From Cenarchaeum sp. (GTDB lineage Archaea; Thermoproteota; Nitrososphaeria; Nitrososphaerales; Nitrosopumilaceae), in NCBI GenBank assembly GCA_963693095.2, contig OY843768.1:224001-288000 (forward strand): a stretch of 64,000 bases of DNA, written 5' to 3'. The first letter of the stretch is position 1. Each line of letters starts with the position of its first letter. Below are positions 19,701-29,789 of the stretch, piece by piece. The position numbers and the translations under genes were made by a program. The notes below the pieces were generated by a model that saw nothing but the letters and a program-made list of their open reading frames with translations, was not told the DNA's origin and did not search any database.

Positions 19701-21768
19701 AAGCGACGCGCCACCGGCGTTCCCCGTGGGCACCACGACAGTCACGTGGACCGCGACTGACTCGTCAGGAAACGAGTCCATTGGCACGCAAGAGATCACG
19801 TTTGTGGACACGACGAAACCGACAGTTTACGCGCCCGGTGACATTACGGCCGAGGCCGGTCCGGACGTGCGCCTTGACATAGGCGAGGCCACGGCCACTG
19901 ACGCCGTGGGCGTGGATGCGATAACGAGTGACGCGCCAGGCTCGTTTGGGCCCGGCGAGACGACAGTCACGTGGACCGCGACGGATGCGGCGGGAAACTC
20001 GGCGAGCGCAACGCACACTGTGACGATAATTGACACGACGCAGCCGCTCATCGTGCCGCCGCTGGCGCGCACCATTGAGGCGATCTCTGAGGACGGCAGT
20101 GCCGCAGACATTGGGTGGCCAACGCACTCTGATGCGGGCGGCGGCGTCACGATCGAGGGCAACGCGCCTGCAATGTTTCCCATCGGCGTGACTGTGGTGA
20201 CGTGGACTGCAACAGATGCGGCAGGCAACTTGCGCTCGGCCACGCAGAGCGTGACTGTCTCGGACACGATCGCCCCGTCAGTCACCCCGCCTGCTGACAT
20301 TACCGCCGAGGCGAGCTCGCGCAACTCGACTGCAGTCGAGATCGGCGAGGCCACGGCCACTGATGCCGTGGGCGTGGTTGCGATAACGAGCGACGCGCCG
20401 GAGGCCTTTGCGCTCGGCGAGACGACAGTCGCGTGGACCGCGACGGATGCGGCAGGAAACTCTGCTAGCGGCCTTCAGATTGTCACCATAGTCGACACGA
20501 CCCCGCCGAGCCTCTCGGCGCCTGCCGACGTGACTGCCGAGGCCTCCTCCTCGGGCACGACTAGCGTGGATATCGGCGCGCCCGAGTCCACTGACACGGT
20601 CTCTGAGGAGATTGTAATCACCAGTGACGCGCCAGACGGCTATGGCCTCGGCGAGACGACAGTCACGTGGACCGCGACGGATGCGGCAGGCAACTCTGCC
20701 TCGCATGAGCAGCTTGTGACGGTGGAGGACACGACCCCGCCGACAGTTGTGCCGCCGGCTGACATTGTGGCCGAGGCCGAGTCATCAGGCGGCGCAGTCG
20801 TGAACGTTGGGATTGCCGGAACGGAGGACTCTGTTGGCACGATCTCACTCACAAGTGATGAGCCGGCACTCTTTCCAATCGGCGAGACGACAGTCACGTG
20901 GACCGCGACGGATGCGGCAGGCAACGAGGGAACCGCAGAACAGCTCGTGACTGTCACTGACACCGTTGCGCCGCGCATCGTCTCACCGATTGACATTGTT
21001 GCCGAGTCCACATCGACGAACGGCACGCGCATTGCCCTGGGTGACGCATCCACGTCTGATGACGTTGGCGTGACGTCCGTGTCCAATGACGCGCCCGAGC
21101 TCTTTGGGCTGGGCAGGACGATGGTCACGTGGGAGGCAGTGGACGAGGCAGGCAACATTGCCGTCGCGCTCCAGTCCGTGACCCTCCGCGACACTGTCGC
21201 CCCGCAGATTGAGACTCCTTCAGGCATGACACTCAACGCAACGGCGCCGTTCACGTCAGTCACGCTATCCATACCCATCTTGTCTGACGCGGTGGACACC
21301 TCGCCTGTCCTGGTCTCTGATGCGCCTGACTCGTTTGCGCTCGGAACGACCATGGTGACCTGGAACGCAACAGACGCGGCCGGCAACACATCAAGCGTCG
21401 TCCAGCCAGTCACAATCCTTGCGTGCGGCACTGCGCACTCGACGTACAACGTGATACGCGGCACGGCCGGCGATGACTCGCTAGTCGGCACCAGCGCCGC
21501 TGACCTGATCTTTGCGCTAGCGGGCAACGACGTCATTAGCGCCGGCGGTGGCAATGACTGCGTGATCGCCGGCGACGGTGATGACGTTGTCATCGGCGGC
21601 GACGGTGAGGACATCCTTGGCGGCAACGCCGGCGATGACGTTGTGCGCGGCCAGGACGGCGATGACCTGCTTGACGGCGGCGAGGGCTCTGATGTCATCG
21701 ACGGCGGCGACGGCTCTGACTCGTGCGTGGCCTCTGCAGGCGACTCTGTCCTCCGCTGCGAGGCGTAG
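16732..21768 (+). CDS. Giant surface protein: NHL beta-propeller, Pro/Ala linker, about 15 HYR domains and an RTX-like Ca-binding tail
   Basis: Signal peptide; YVxDxxNxRIQKF repeats; DTTxP...GETTVTWTATD repeats; GGxGxD nonapeptides. Confidence 0.9.
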   Translation: MGAPTLAAVALVALAALYAVPAAAEGPAHEFITSWGSLGASGEGRFSGPTGIASDHEGSVYVTDTGNGRIQKFNNSGGFVAEWSAMGNSTESLSSPMGIAVLDNRVYVIDSILESVVVYDLDGAYVSTWGSHGGDAGEFLQPRGIAAGGGKVYVADTGNSRVQAFSAAGDHISTFGTDRDEAAHLRSPVGIAVANDASVFIVDPGKMSLFHYGVDGELLDVFDGTVAGKSLRARGMTVDSDGKLYVADARNDRVLRLEPGGLTLSAWGDAGAGAYKYLMPTDVTVDIYGQLFVVDSGGHSIKKYSTPLALDDSERIAAHEEAARQFRVSQGLEEPEQAAEPAQEPAPPAARPAPPPAQPPAQPAPTAPVARSAPPATPQAAQPAPVATAQPQVQQQPMATAQPARVVAVPGDLTKPTIYAPHDITAEASGPLTRINVGMATASDESGIRSITSNAPSEFSLGTSLVIWTAIDGAGNLAIARQEVTVSDTTPPVMAGVADISVEAVSPDRNYIEIRAPVATDAVGVLDVSSDAPDHYPVGQTTITWTARDISGNTASAAQVVSVLDTSAPQIVAPPEITAEATSLDATAVFLGDASVVDNGRIVSVTNDAPPSFALGNTTVMWTATDSSGNRSHDAQAVTIVDTTPPEIIVREGTVVEAESADSNTVDLEEPEVSDVQRVRLTSDAPDTFALGETTVTWTATDPSGNTSTSAQLVTVADTTPPTIDITRTITAEASRSEGNTVSLGEVAVTDVSEIAGLANDAPESYALGETTVTWNATDIHGNTATAEQTVILVDTVSPSIFAPADVTAEYAGEAGNSVNVGSPVAADRVGVASVSSDAPDTFALGETTVTWTATDTSGNESTALQTITIVDTLAPAIRPPPDVSAEATAESGTAVEVGRATAADESGEVTVTSDAPALFGLGTTTVTWTATDTSGNTMNATQRVSVTDTIAPEISAPADIRAEADSEDANTVDLGTARATDAAGGVTVTSDAPPAFPVGTTTVTWTATDSSGNESIGTQEITFVDTTKPTVYAPGDITAEAGPDVRLDIGEATATDAVGVDAITSDAPGSFGPGETTVTWTATDAAGNSASATHTVTIIDTTQPLIVPPLARTIEAISEDGSAADIGWPTHSDAGGGVTIEGNAPAMFPIGVTVVTWTATDAAGNLRSATQSVTVSDTIAPSVTPPADITAEASSRNSTAVEIGEATATDAVGVVAITSDAPEAFALGETTVAWTATDAAGNSASGLQIVTIVDTTPPSLSAPADVTAEASSSGTTSVDIGAPESTDTVSEEIVITSDAPDGYGLGETTVTWTATDAAGNSASHEQLVTVEDTTPPTVVPPADIVAEAESSGGAVVNVGIAGTEDSVGTISLTSDEPALFPIGETTVTWTATDAAGNEGTAEQLVTVTDTVAPRIVSPIDIVAESTSTNGTRIALGDASTSDDVGVTSVSNDAPELFGLGRTMVTWEAVDEAGNIAVALQSVTLRDTVAPQIETPSGMTLNATAPFTSVTLSIPILSDAVDTSPVLVSDAPDSFALGTTMVTWNATDAAGNTSSVVQPVTILACGTAHSTYNVIRGTAGDDSLVGTSAADLIFALAGNDVISAGGGNDCVIAGDGDDVVIGGDGEDILGGNAGDDVVRGQDGDDLLDGGEGSDVIDGGDGSDSCVASAGDSVLRCEA

Positions 21769-21831
21769 GCGCGTTTAGGGCCAATTTTCTATATAGTTAA
21801 TGGCCAAATACCATATTTTCCTATATTCCAT

Positions 21832-23418
21832 GTGTCAGGTATATATCCAGTGCGATGTGGGAAGAGGCCAGTGCGACCCGCCACTGCCCTCATTATTGCG
21901 ATCACGGCAACGCTTGCGGCCGCTGCGCTAGGCGGGGCGGCCCACGGGCAGCTCGCCGCGCCAAACCCGTCAGTGGACTTTTCGATCAACGCCGCAGGCG
22001 CGACCTTTCCGTTCCCGCTCATCGACAAGTGGCGCGTAGAGTACGCCAAAGAGTACCCGAACGTGAGCCTCAACTACCAGTCGATCGGCAGCGGCGGGGG
22101 CATAAAGCAGCACATCGAGAAGACCGTCAACTTTGCGGCCAGCGACGCTCCGATGAGGTCAAGCGAGGCGGCCCTTGCGCCAGACACGCTGCACATCCCC
22201 GAGTCGCTTGGCGCAGTGACAGTCGCGTACAACGTCCCCGAGATTCCGGATAGCGGACTGCGCCTTGATGGCCAGACTGTTGCGATGATCTACCTTGGCG
22301 AGATTACGCGCTGGAACGACGAGCGCATAGCGGGGCTCAACCCCGGCATTGAGCTTCCCGACGCCGAGATCATCTCAGTGCAGCGCGCTGATGGCTCGGG
22401 GACTACGTTTGTCTTTACTGACTATCTCTCTGCCGTGTCAGCCGAGTTTGAGGAGATGATCGGCAAGGGCAAGAGCGTTCCGTGGCCAGTCGGCGTGTCC
22501 TCACCGGGCAACGAGGGGGTTGCCGGAACCGTGCGCTCGACGCCATACTCTGTGGGGTATGTGGAGCTCGCCTATGCCTTCCAGACGAGCATGTCATACG
22601 CGTATATCCAGAACGGTGACGGCACCGCATACGTAGAGCCGTCGATCATGTCGATAGGCGCAGCATCAGCCGGCGCGTCCACGTCGCTTCCCGAGGCGGC
22701 CGAGTCCTGGGAGGGCGTGAGCATAGTCAACGCGCAGGGCGCTGACTCGTACCCGATATCGAGCCTGACGTACCTCCTCGTGTACAGTGACCTCGGCGAC
22801 GTCACGGACTCGATCGACGAGGCACATGCCGTGGTCCACATCATAGACTGGATGCTCACAAGCGGCCAGGCCCACTCCGAGTCGCTCCTCTACGTCCCGC
22901 TCCCAGAGGACGTCGTGCGCATTGGCACAGACGCGCTGCGGCTCATCACGTACAATGGCCGGTCAGTGTGGGCACTAGAGCCTGCCACGGCTGCCGAGGG
23001 TGCGGCGTCGCCGGCGCCAGGCGAGGGGACCGGCGGGGGCGGATGCCTCATAGCCACGGCCGCATACGGCACGGAGATGGCCCCGCAGGTCCAGGCACTG
23101 CGCGAGATCCGCGACTCGACGCTGCTCGCCACGCCCTCAGGCTCGGCGTTCATGTCGCACTTTAACGGCGTCTACTATGCGCTCTCGCCGGCAGTCGCCG
23201 ACCTTGAGAGGCAGAGCCCCGAGTTTAGGCATCTCGTGCGCGCCCTCATCACTCCGATGATATCGTCGCTTGCGATAATGTCGCTTGCCGACGGTGGCTC
23301 GGATGCTGACGTTCTTGCGCTTGGCCTCTCTGTCATTGCGCTAAACGTGGGCATGTACGTCGCCATGCCGGCTGCCATATCGTCGTGGGCATGGCGCGCA
23401 TCGCGCAGGCGGGCGTGA
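21832..23418 (+). CDS. pstS: Phosphate ABC transporter substrate-binding protein with a CFI-box C-terminal sorting domain
   Basis: AGATFP, YQSIGSGGG, RADGSGTT and YPI motifs; GGGCLIATAAYG tail. Confidence 0.95.
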   Translation: MSGIYPVRCGKRPVRPATALIIAITATLAAAALGGAAHGQLAAPNPSVDFSINAAGATFPFPLIDKWRVEYAKEYPNVSLNYQSIGSGGGIKQHIEKTVNFAASDAPMRSSEAALAPDTLHIPESLGAVTVAYNVPEIPDSGLRLDGQTVAMIYLGEITRWNDERIAGLNPGIELPDAEIISVQRADGSGTTFVFTDYLSAVSAEFEEMIGKGKSVPWPVGVSSPGNEGVAGTVRSTPYSVGYVELAYAFQTSMSYAYIQNGDGTAYVEPSIMSIGAASAGASTSLPEAAESWEGVSIVNAQGADSYPISSLTYLLVYSDLGDVTDSIDEAHAVVHIIDWMLTSGQAHSESLLYVPLPEDVVRIGTDALRLITYNGRSVWALEPATAAEGAASPAPGEGTGGGGCLIATAAYGTEMAPQVQALREIRDSTLLATPSGSAFMSHFNGVYYALSPAVADLERQSPEFRHLVRALITPMISSLAIMSLADGGSDADVLALGLSVIALNVGMYVAMPAAISSWAWRASRRRA

Positions 23419-23424
23419 GCCATA

Positions 23425-24378
23425 ATGCTGCATGCGTCACGGCCACGGCGAGCAATATCTGACAAGATATTCAAGGTTGGCGCCACAATCGCCGGCGCAT
23501 ACGTCCTGGTCGTCATCGTGCTCATGGTCTTTGAGCTCACGACCGAGTCAGCACCCGCACTCACCGAGTATGGCCTAGAGTTTGTGACGGGCACGGACTG
23601 GAATGCAGTCGAGGGCCGCGAGTCCTTTGGCGTCCTGCCGTACCTCTTTGGCACGCTAATCACGTCGGCGATGGCGATGGCAATAGGCGTCCCGCTCAGC
23701 ATAGGGATCGCGATGTTCATATCCGATGCGCCTGCGCGCATAGGGCGGCCGCTGGGGTTCGTAGTCGAGCTCCTCGCCGCGGTCCCGAGCGTCATATACG
23801 GACTCTGGGGTCTCTATGTGTTTCGCGATTACTTTGTCGATTGGGTCGAGAGGCCGCTCCATGCCGTTCTCGGCGACAGCGTGTGGCTCTTTTCGGGCAC
23901 GCCATTTGGCCTCGACGTGCTCACCGCAAGCGTCGTGCTCGCCATCATGATAATACCGACAGTCTCGGCCGTCTCGCGCGAGGTCATGGCCGCAGTCCCG
24001 CAGCAGCAAAAGGAGGCAGCATTCATGCTCGGCGCGACGCGCTGGGAGATGTTTCGCCTCGCGATATTCCCCTACTCGCGCATTGGCCTTGCCGGCGCCG
24101 CAATCCTGGGCCTCGGGCGCGCCGTGGGCGAGACGATGGCAGTGACGATGCTCATAGGCAACGCAAAGGGCGCCTCGGCGTTTCCGGCCTCGCTCTTTTC
24201 GCCGAGCCAGACGATGTCGAGCATCATCGCCAACGAGTTCGTCGAGGCCTCGCCGGCATCGCTCCACCTGCCGGCGCTCATCGGCGTGGGCCTCATCCTA
24301 CTGGCCACGGCGGTCCTGATAAACGTCGTTGCGCACCTGCTAGTCAGCCGCATGCGATCCTCGCGGGGGGGACTCTAG
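23425..24378 (+). CDS. pstC: Phosphate ABC permease
   Basis: ELLAAVPSVIYGLWG, GLGRAVGETMAV. Confidence 0.95.
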   Translation: MLHASRPRRAISDKIFKVGATIAGAYVLVVIVLMVFELTTESAPALTEYGLEFVTGTDWNAVEGRESFGVLPYLFGTLITSAMAMAIGVPLSIGIAMFISDAPARIGRPLGFVVELLAAVPSVIYGLWGLYVFRDYFVDWVERPLHAVLGDSVWLFSGTPFGLDVLTASVVLAIMIIPTVSAVSREVMAAVPQQQKEAAFMLGATRWEMFRLAIFPYSRIGLAGAAILGLGRAVGETMAVTMLIGNAKGASAFPASLFSPSQTMSSIIANEFVEASPASLHLPALIGVGLILLATAVLINVVAHLLVSRMRSSRGGL

Positions 24379-25302
24379 GTGGACGCGTCGCAAAAGCGCC
24401 TAAAGTACAGGGCGCTCTTTAGGCAGAACGTGCGCGGGCGCCTGATAAAGGACAAGGCCGTGCGCTGCGTCGTCATCGCGTGCGTCATAGTGGCCATAGT
24501 CCCGCTTGGCAGCATACTCGCCGAGGTCGTGGCAAACGGCGCAATGGCGCTCAGCGTGGGATTCATCACGGAGGTTCCCGGCTCGGCCGGCTCTGGCGAG
24601 GGCGGAGTCGGGCCGGCGATACAGGGGACGCTCATCATCGTCGGCCTCGCAAGCCTCATGGGCGTGCCCATCGGCATCATGTCGGGCATATTCCTCTCCG
24701 AGTACGGCACGAGCAGGCTTGCCGGCGCCGTGCGATTTTTCACCGACGTCTTTATGCAGTTCCCCTCGATCGTCATGGGGATATTTGCGTTCTTTGTCAT
24801 CGTTCTCGCCCTCGGGCACTTTTCGGCATGGGCCGGCGCCTTTGCGCTCTCGCTCATCATGTTTCCGATAGTGTCGCGCACGACTGAGGAGTCGCTTCGC
24901 CTAGTGCAGGGAACGTACCGCGAGGCCGGAGTCGCCCTCGGCCTCAAAAAGTGGACAGTCACGGTGCGCATAGTCATGGCCGCAGCAAGGGACGGCATGG
25001 TCACGGGCATACTCCTCTCCGTCTCCCGCGTCGCCGGCGAGACGGCCCCGCTAATCATGACGATACTCGGCAGCAGCCAGTTCTTTGGCGGGTTTGGCGG
25101 GCCAATGGATGCGCTCCCGCTGCGCATATGGCGCCTCTCGCTCCTGCCCTATGACAGCGCGCAGCTCCACGGGTGGGGCTCGGCCCTGGTCCTCATTGCG
25201 ATAATACTCGTCGTCAACGTCTGCGTGCGCTATGCCTTTTCTGGCAGAAACCATGGCGCACTCGCCATGGCCATCAGGCGGCGCATGGGGGCGCGGCCTT
25301 GA
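24379..25302 (+). CDS. pstA: Phosphate ABC permease
   Basis: [13 protein letters not shown] and [10 protein letters not shown]. Confidence 0.95.
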   Translation: MDASQKRLKYRALFRQNVRGRLIKDKAVRCVVIACVIVAIVPLGSILAEVVANGAMALSVGFITEVPGSAGSGEGGVGPAIQGTLIIVGLASLMGVPIGIMSGIFLSEYGTSRLAGAVRFFTDVFMQFPSIVMGIFAFFVIVLALGHFSAWAGAFALSLIMFPIVSRTTEESLRLVQGTYREAGVALGLKKWTVTVRIVMAAARDGMVTGILLSVSRVAGETAPLIMTILGSSQFFGGFGGPMDALPLRIWRLSLLPYDSAQLHGWGSALVLIAIILVVNVCVRYAFSGRNHGALAMAIRRRMGARP

Positions 25303-26165
25303 GCACAGTCGGCCTCGAGCCCGGGACCGCGGCCGCGCAGCGTGGCAGCGCCGTGTCAGCTGGTGGAGGGTCGCCTGAGGCGCACGTCGGCAAGGATTCC
25401 GGCGAGGCCTCGTACAAGATGACTGCCGAGGGCGTCGGCGTCTCGTACTCGGGCAAGCAGGCAGTGCGCGACGTCACGATGGGATTCAGGGAGCGCTCAG
25501 TCACGGCACTCATTGGGCCGTCCGGATGCGGCAAGACGACGTTTCTGCGCTGCCTGAACCGCATGCACGACATGACGCCTGGCGCGACGGTGACGGGCAA
25601 GATAATGATAGACGGCGTTGACATGTACTCTGGTGACGTTGACCCGATATACCACAGGCGCAAGGTCGGCATGGTGTTTCAAAAGCCAAACCCGTTTCCG
25701 ACAATGTCAGTCTATGACAACGTCGTCGCCGGCCTGCGCCTCAACGGCGTGCGTGACAGGAGGGCACTCGACGAGATAGCCGAGGACTCGCTGCGCATGG
25801 CGTTCCTCTGGGACGAGGTGAGCGACTCGCTCTCAAAGCCGGCAATCGAGCTCTCCGGCGGGCAGCAGCAGCGCCTCTGCATAGCGCGCGCGCTGGCAAT
25901 ACAGCCCGAGGTTCTCCTAATGGACGAGCCGGCCTCGGCCCTTGACCCGATAGCGACACAAAAGATAGAGGAGGCCATAGTCGACCTAAAGCGCGAGCTT
26001 GCCATAATCATTGTCACGCACAACATGCAGCAGGCCGTGCGCGTGTCTGACTATACGGGGTTTATGTACATGGGTGATCTCGTCGAGTTTCGTGACACGC
26101 GCAAGCTCTTCACTGACCCGCGCCACGAGCTCACCGAGCAGTATGTAAAGGGGAACTTTGGGTGA
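25299..26165 (+). CDS. pstB: Phosphate ABC ATPase (TTG start inferred)
   Basis: [38 protein letters not shown]. Confidence 0.96.
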   Translation: MSTVGLEPGTAAAQRGSAVSAGGGSPEAHVGKDSGEASYKMTAEGVGVSYSGKQAVRDVTMGFRERSVTALIGPSGCGKTTFLRCLNRMHDMTPGATVTGKIMIDGVDMYSGDVDPIYHRRKVGMVFQKPNPFPTMSVYDNVVAGLRLNGVRDRRALDEIAEDSLRMAFLWDEVSDSLSKPAIELSGGQQQRLCIARALAIQPEVLLMDEPASALDPIATQKIEEAIVDLKRELAIIIVTHNMQQAVRVSDYTGFMYMGDLVEFRDTRKLFTDPRHELTEQYVKGNFG

Positions 26166-26168
26166 TGT

Positions 26169-26852
26169 GTGATGACTAGGCTGATAGAACCCCACATGGA
26201 GCGACTCTCACTCCTAATGTCGAGCATGGGCGACATGGTAGTCGAGTCAGTATCGCTTGCGATGGACTCGTACCTCGAGGGCGCCGACACAATGGCCCGC
26301 GTCATTGCGCTCTCGGACTCTATACGATCAAAGTACTATGAGGTTGAGGACCTCACATTTGAGATGCTCCTGCGCTTTCAGCCAGTTGCTGATGACTTTA
26401 GGATGATCCGCTCGTCCACTGAGATATCGTATGCGTTCTCGAGGTTTGGGCGCTATGCGTATGACATTGCGCAGGTCCGTGACACGTTTGGTGACCTCAC
26501 CGAGTGCCGCAATGCCGCGATGTACGAGGCCTCAAAGAAGGTTCGCCATCTCATCCGCGAGGCAATACTCTCGTTCGCCGAGCTCGACGTGCGCCGCGCG
26601 CAAAAGATACGCGAGGACGAGGAGTTTATCGACAAGATATACATCGAGCGCATGGGACACCTGATCGAGTCGCGCGACACGCGCTGCGCACTCGCCGAGG
26701 CCCTCCTCCTGAGATACCTCGAGAGGATTGGGGACCACGCCGTCTTTATGAGCGACGCGGTAAACTATATCGTCACCGGCAAGCACAGGCCAAGCAAGGA
26801 GCGCATCGATGCGCGCACTGCGCGCGGGCTTGCGCGCCACGGCGAGCGCTAG
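26169..26852 (+). CDS. phoU: Phosphate uptake regulator PhoU
   Basis: FQPVADDFR and YLERIGDHA motifs; follows pstB. Confidence 0.92.
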   Translation: MMTRLIEPHMERLSLLMSSMGDMVVESVSLAMDSYLEGADTMARVIALSDSIRSKYYEVEDLTFEMLLRFQPVADDFRMIRSSTEISYAFSRFGRYAYDIAQVRDTFGDLTECRNAAMYEASKKVRHLIREAILSFAELDVRRAQKIREDEEFIDKIYIERMGHLIESRDTRCALAEALLLRYLERIGDHAVFMSDAVNYIVTGKHRPSKERIDARTARGLARHGER

Positions 26853-26916
26853 GCCGGCCGGATCGGCACGGCGCGCTCCAAGGGTTAAATAGAAACGGCA
26901 CGACGCGCCTGATCTG

Positions 26917-27783
26917 ATGACAGCGACTAGGATGGACGGCATCGCCGTGGCCGATGCGGTAAAGTCGCGCGTTGCCGCCGCAGTCGCCGACCTGCGCGAG
27001 CGCGGCACGTCGCCGTGCCTGGCCACGGTTCTCGTCGGCGATGACGCGGCATCTGCGACATACGTGCGCAACAAGCACGCCGCGTGCAAAAAGGCCGGCA
27101 TACTGACGCGCGACCACCGCCTCCAAGGATCAACCACGCAGGCAGAGCTCGCCTCGGTCATCGACGCGCTCAACACCGAGGCCGCAGTCCACGGCATACT
27201 CGTGCAGCTACCACTCCCGCAGCAGATCGACGAGTTCTCATCGACATCGCGCATACTCCCGCCAAAGGACGTCGACGGGCTGACGCCGTTTAGCGCCGGA
27301 ATGCTCGCAGTCAGAAAGGCGGTCCTTGCGCCATGCACGCCCTCGGGAATAATCGAGATGCTCGACCATTATGACATCGGGATCGCCGGCAAGCGCGTGG
27401 CCATCATAAACAGGAGCAACCTCATAGGCAAGCCGCTCTCGCAGATGCTCCTTGCGCGAGACGCGACGGTGACGGTCTGCCATTCCAAAACGCGCGACAT
27501 TGCGCGCCACACGCGCGATGCCGACATTGTCATCAGCGCAGTGGGTGACAGGCAGCGCTTTGAGCTCACACCGGACATGGTCGCCGAGGGCGCCGTGGTC
27601 ATTGACGCCGCAATCCAGAGGCACATGGGCAAGCTTGCCGGCGATGCCGACTATGGCCCGATGGCCGAAAGGGCCTCGCATATCACGCCGGTTCCCGGCG
27701 GCGTCGGGCCGATGACTGTGGCAATGCTCCTGAAAAACACGGTAACTGCGGCCTCGATGATCGCCAATGTCAGTGGAAGCTAA
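26917..27783 (+). CDS. folD: Methylenetetrahydrofolate dehydrogenase/cyclohydrolase
   Basis: GILVQLPLP, KDVDG, PCTP and TPVPGGVGPMT. Confidence 0.96.
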   Translation: MTATRMDGIAVADAVKSRVAAAVADLRERGTSPCLATVLVGDDAASATYVRNKHAACKKAGILTRDHRLQGSTTQAELASVIDALNTEAAVHGILVQLPLPQQIDEFSSTSRILPPKDVDGLTPFSAGMLAVRKAVLAPCTPSGIIEMLDHYDIGIAGKRVAIINRSNLIGKPLSQMLLARDATVTVCHSKTRDIARHTRDADIVISAVGDRQRFELTPDMVAEGAVVIDAAIQRHMGKLAGDADYGPMAERASHITPVPGGVGPMTVAMLLKNTVTAASMIANVSGS

Positions 27784-28372
27784 AAAGGCCGCGCTGCGCG
27801 CGACGCTTGGCGCGCGGCGCGATGCGCTCTCGCATGACATGGTCACGCTCTGCGAGGAGCATGTCCGCCGGCGCCTTGTGCGCATCGGCGCATACAAGGA
27901 GTCGCGCACCATCGCATGCTATTGGTCAGCCGAGGGCGAGCTTCCCACGCGCAGGGTCGTCCTCGGCGCGCTCTCCGAGGGGAGGCGCGTGTGCCTTCCT
28001 CGCGTGCGCGACGGCGAGCTAGAGTTTGCCGCCGTGAGCGGGCCGGATGATCTCGTGCGCGGCGGCCTCGGGATGCGCGAGCCGGCCCCGCACTGTGAGC
28101 CATGCGGGACCGCCGACATTGCGATCGTGCCGGCCGTTGGCCTCACGCGAGACGGCGCGCGCCTCGGGCGCGGAGGCGGCCACTATGACAGGTTTCTGGC
28201 GGGGTTTTCCGGCGCGTCAATAGCGCTGGCATTTTCAATCCAGGTCGTGCGCTCGCTGCCCGAGGATGCGCATGACATGCGCGTTGACTGGGTGGTGACC
28301 GAGGACTCTGCGTTCGGGCCACTAGGCGCGCGCAATGCCGGCGGCCCCAATGTCGCTGCGGCAGAATCTTGA
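27767..28372 (+). CDS. 5-formyltetrahydrofolate cyclo-ligase
   Basis: IVPAVG...GARLGRGGGHYDRFL, HDMRVD. Confidence 0.92.
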   Translation: MSVEAKKAALRATLGARRDALSHDMVTLCEEHVRRRLVRIGAYKESRTIACYWSAEGELPTRRVVLGALSEGRRVCLPRVRDGELEFAAVSGPDDLVRGGLGMREPAPHCEPCGTADIAIVPAVGLTRDGARLGRGGGHYDRFLAGFSGASIALAFSIQVVRSLPEDAHDMRVDWVVTEDSAFGPLGARNAGGPNVAAAES

Positions 28373-29572
28373 TGCCCACGATATGGGCTCCGCTCGCGCG
28401 TACGCGGCACCCACGGCGCCCTCTAGCGTGTCGCCGAGGGCAGTGACCCCGAGAACCCTTCCGCCTGACGTGAGTGTGCGCCCACCCTCACGCCTGGTGC
28501 CGGCGTGAAAGACTACAGAGTCCTCCGAGTCAGCACCGATTCCGGATATCTCCTCGCCGGTTGGGTATTTGCCGGGATAGCCGCGCGAGGCGAGCACGAC
28601 GCATGCGGCGTGGCGCGCACTCCAGCGCATGGGCTCCATCGACGCAAGCCTGCCGCGCGCGGCCGCATCAAGGTACGCATGGAGGTCAAAGTCGGCCCGT
28701 GCCATTATTGCCTGGCACTCTGGATCCCCCATCCTTGCGTTGAACTCGAGAACGCTAATCTCACCACCCTCGCCGATCATGACTCCCGCATACATGAATC
28801 CGCAAAACGGCATCCCCTCCTCGCGCATTCCGGCCATCGCGCGCTCTATGACGCCAGATTGTATAGAGTCGGCAACACTGCCGTCCACAAACGGCGTCGG
28901 CGAGTACGCGCCCATGCCGCCCGTGTTCGGGCCAGTGTCAGCATCGCCTGCGCGCTTGTGGTCCTGGCTTGCGGCCATTGGCATCGCCGTCGTCCCGTCG
29001 CACAGCGCGATGAACGAGGCCTCGACGCCCTCGAGTCGCTCCTCGAGGACGACGCGCCTGACTCCTGCGCCCATCATGCGCACTATCTCGGCCTCGGCCT
29101 CTGCGGCACTCGAGCATACGCTCACGCCCTTGCCGGCTGCAAGGCCGTCGGCCTTTACGACTAGTGGGCCGGCGCACTCCCTTGCATGGGCGACTGCGCC
29201 ATCCACGTCATCAAATGACGCGTGGGATGGCGTGGGTATGCCGTGGCGCAGCATGAACTCCTTTGACCATGACTTGCTTGACTCTAGGCGCGTCGCGGCG
29301 CTAGTGGGTCCGACAATGCGCAGGCCGACTGCGACAAACTCGTCGGTGATGCCGGCTGCCAGCGGGGCCTCCGGACCGACGACTGTCAGGCATTCATTCT
29401 CGCGCGCAAAGTCGGCGAGCGCGCCTGTGTCGCCGGCCTGTATGTCGACGCTGTTCCTCGTGCCGCCGTTGCCCGGCGCAACGTACACGGTTCCTGCGCC
29501 CCTGCTCTTCGAGAGCCTCCACGCCAGCGCGTGCTCGCGACCGCCAGAGCCCACGACAAGGACATTGCCCAA
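28322..29572 (-). CDS. purD: Phosphoribosylamine-glycine ligase (TTG start inferred)
   Basis: VGSGGREHAL, KADGLAAGKGV, QDHKR...GPNTGGMGAYSP, EFNARMGDPE. Confidence 0.96.
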   Translation of the reverse strand: MGNVLVVGSGGREHALAWRLSKSRGAGTVYVAPGNGGTRNSVDIQAGDTGALADFARENECLTVVGPEAPLAAGITDEFVAVGLRIVGPTSAATRLESSKSWSKEFMLRHGIPTPSHASFDDVDGAVAHARECAGPLVVKADGLAAGKGVSVCSSAAEAEAEIVRMMGAGVRRVVLEERLEGVEASFIALCDGTTAMPMAASQDHKRAGDADTGPNTGGMGAYSPTPFVDGSVADSIQSGVIERAMAGMREEGMPFCGFMYAGVMIGEGGEISVLEFNARMGDPECQAIMARADFDLHAYLDAAARGRLASMEPMRWSARHAACVVLASRGYPGKYPTGEEISGIGADSEDSVVFHAGTRREGGRTLTSGGRVLGVTALGDTLEGAVGAAYARAEPISWASRFCRSDIGAAGIARA

Positions 29573-29629
29573 CGGCGCGGTGCTGCCGCACGCGTCAATA
29601 TATTCCAAGTAGGGGCGTGCCGGCGCGCG

Positions 29630-29782
29630 CCCTCGTGATGCCCGCAGTTGCGAGCCTGCGAGGACCAGATGCCCTGCCTCAAAGCGCGCCAGTTCCATGA
29701 AAAGCAGGCGCATCCTGCCGACTCTCGAAAAGGGCGTGTTTGAGGCGAGGTCGTGAGGGTGGTTCGGGTGCTGACTTTGTGC
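29630..29782 (+). mobile_element. Degenerate IS66 3'-end relic
   Basis: AAGGGCGTGTTTGAGGCGAGGTCGTG...GGTGCTGAC resembles 13516-13560. Confidence 0.5.
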
Positions 29783-29789
29783 CTAGAAT

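Noticed and set aside
17960-21420. Recurrent GAGACGACAGTCACGTGGAC motif as a DNA repeat array
   Set aside because: It encodes the ETTVTWT motif of the HYR domains
18336-21698. Long antisense ORFs (also 46284-47393, 52686-53945, 4032-5255)
   Set aside because: Shadow frames of real genes in GC-rich DNA with no recognisable motifs
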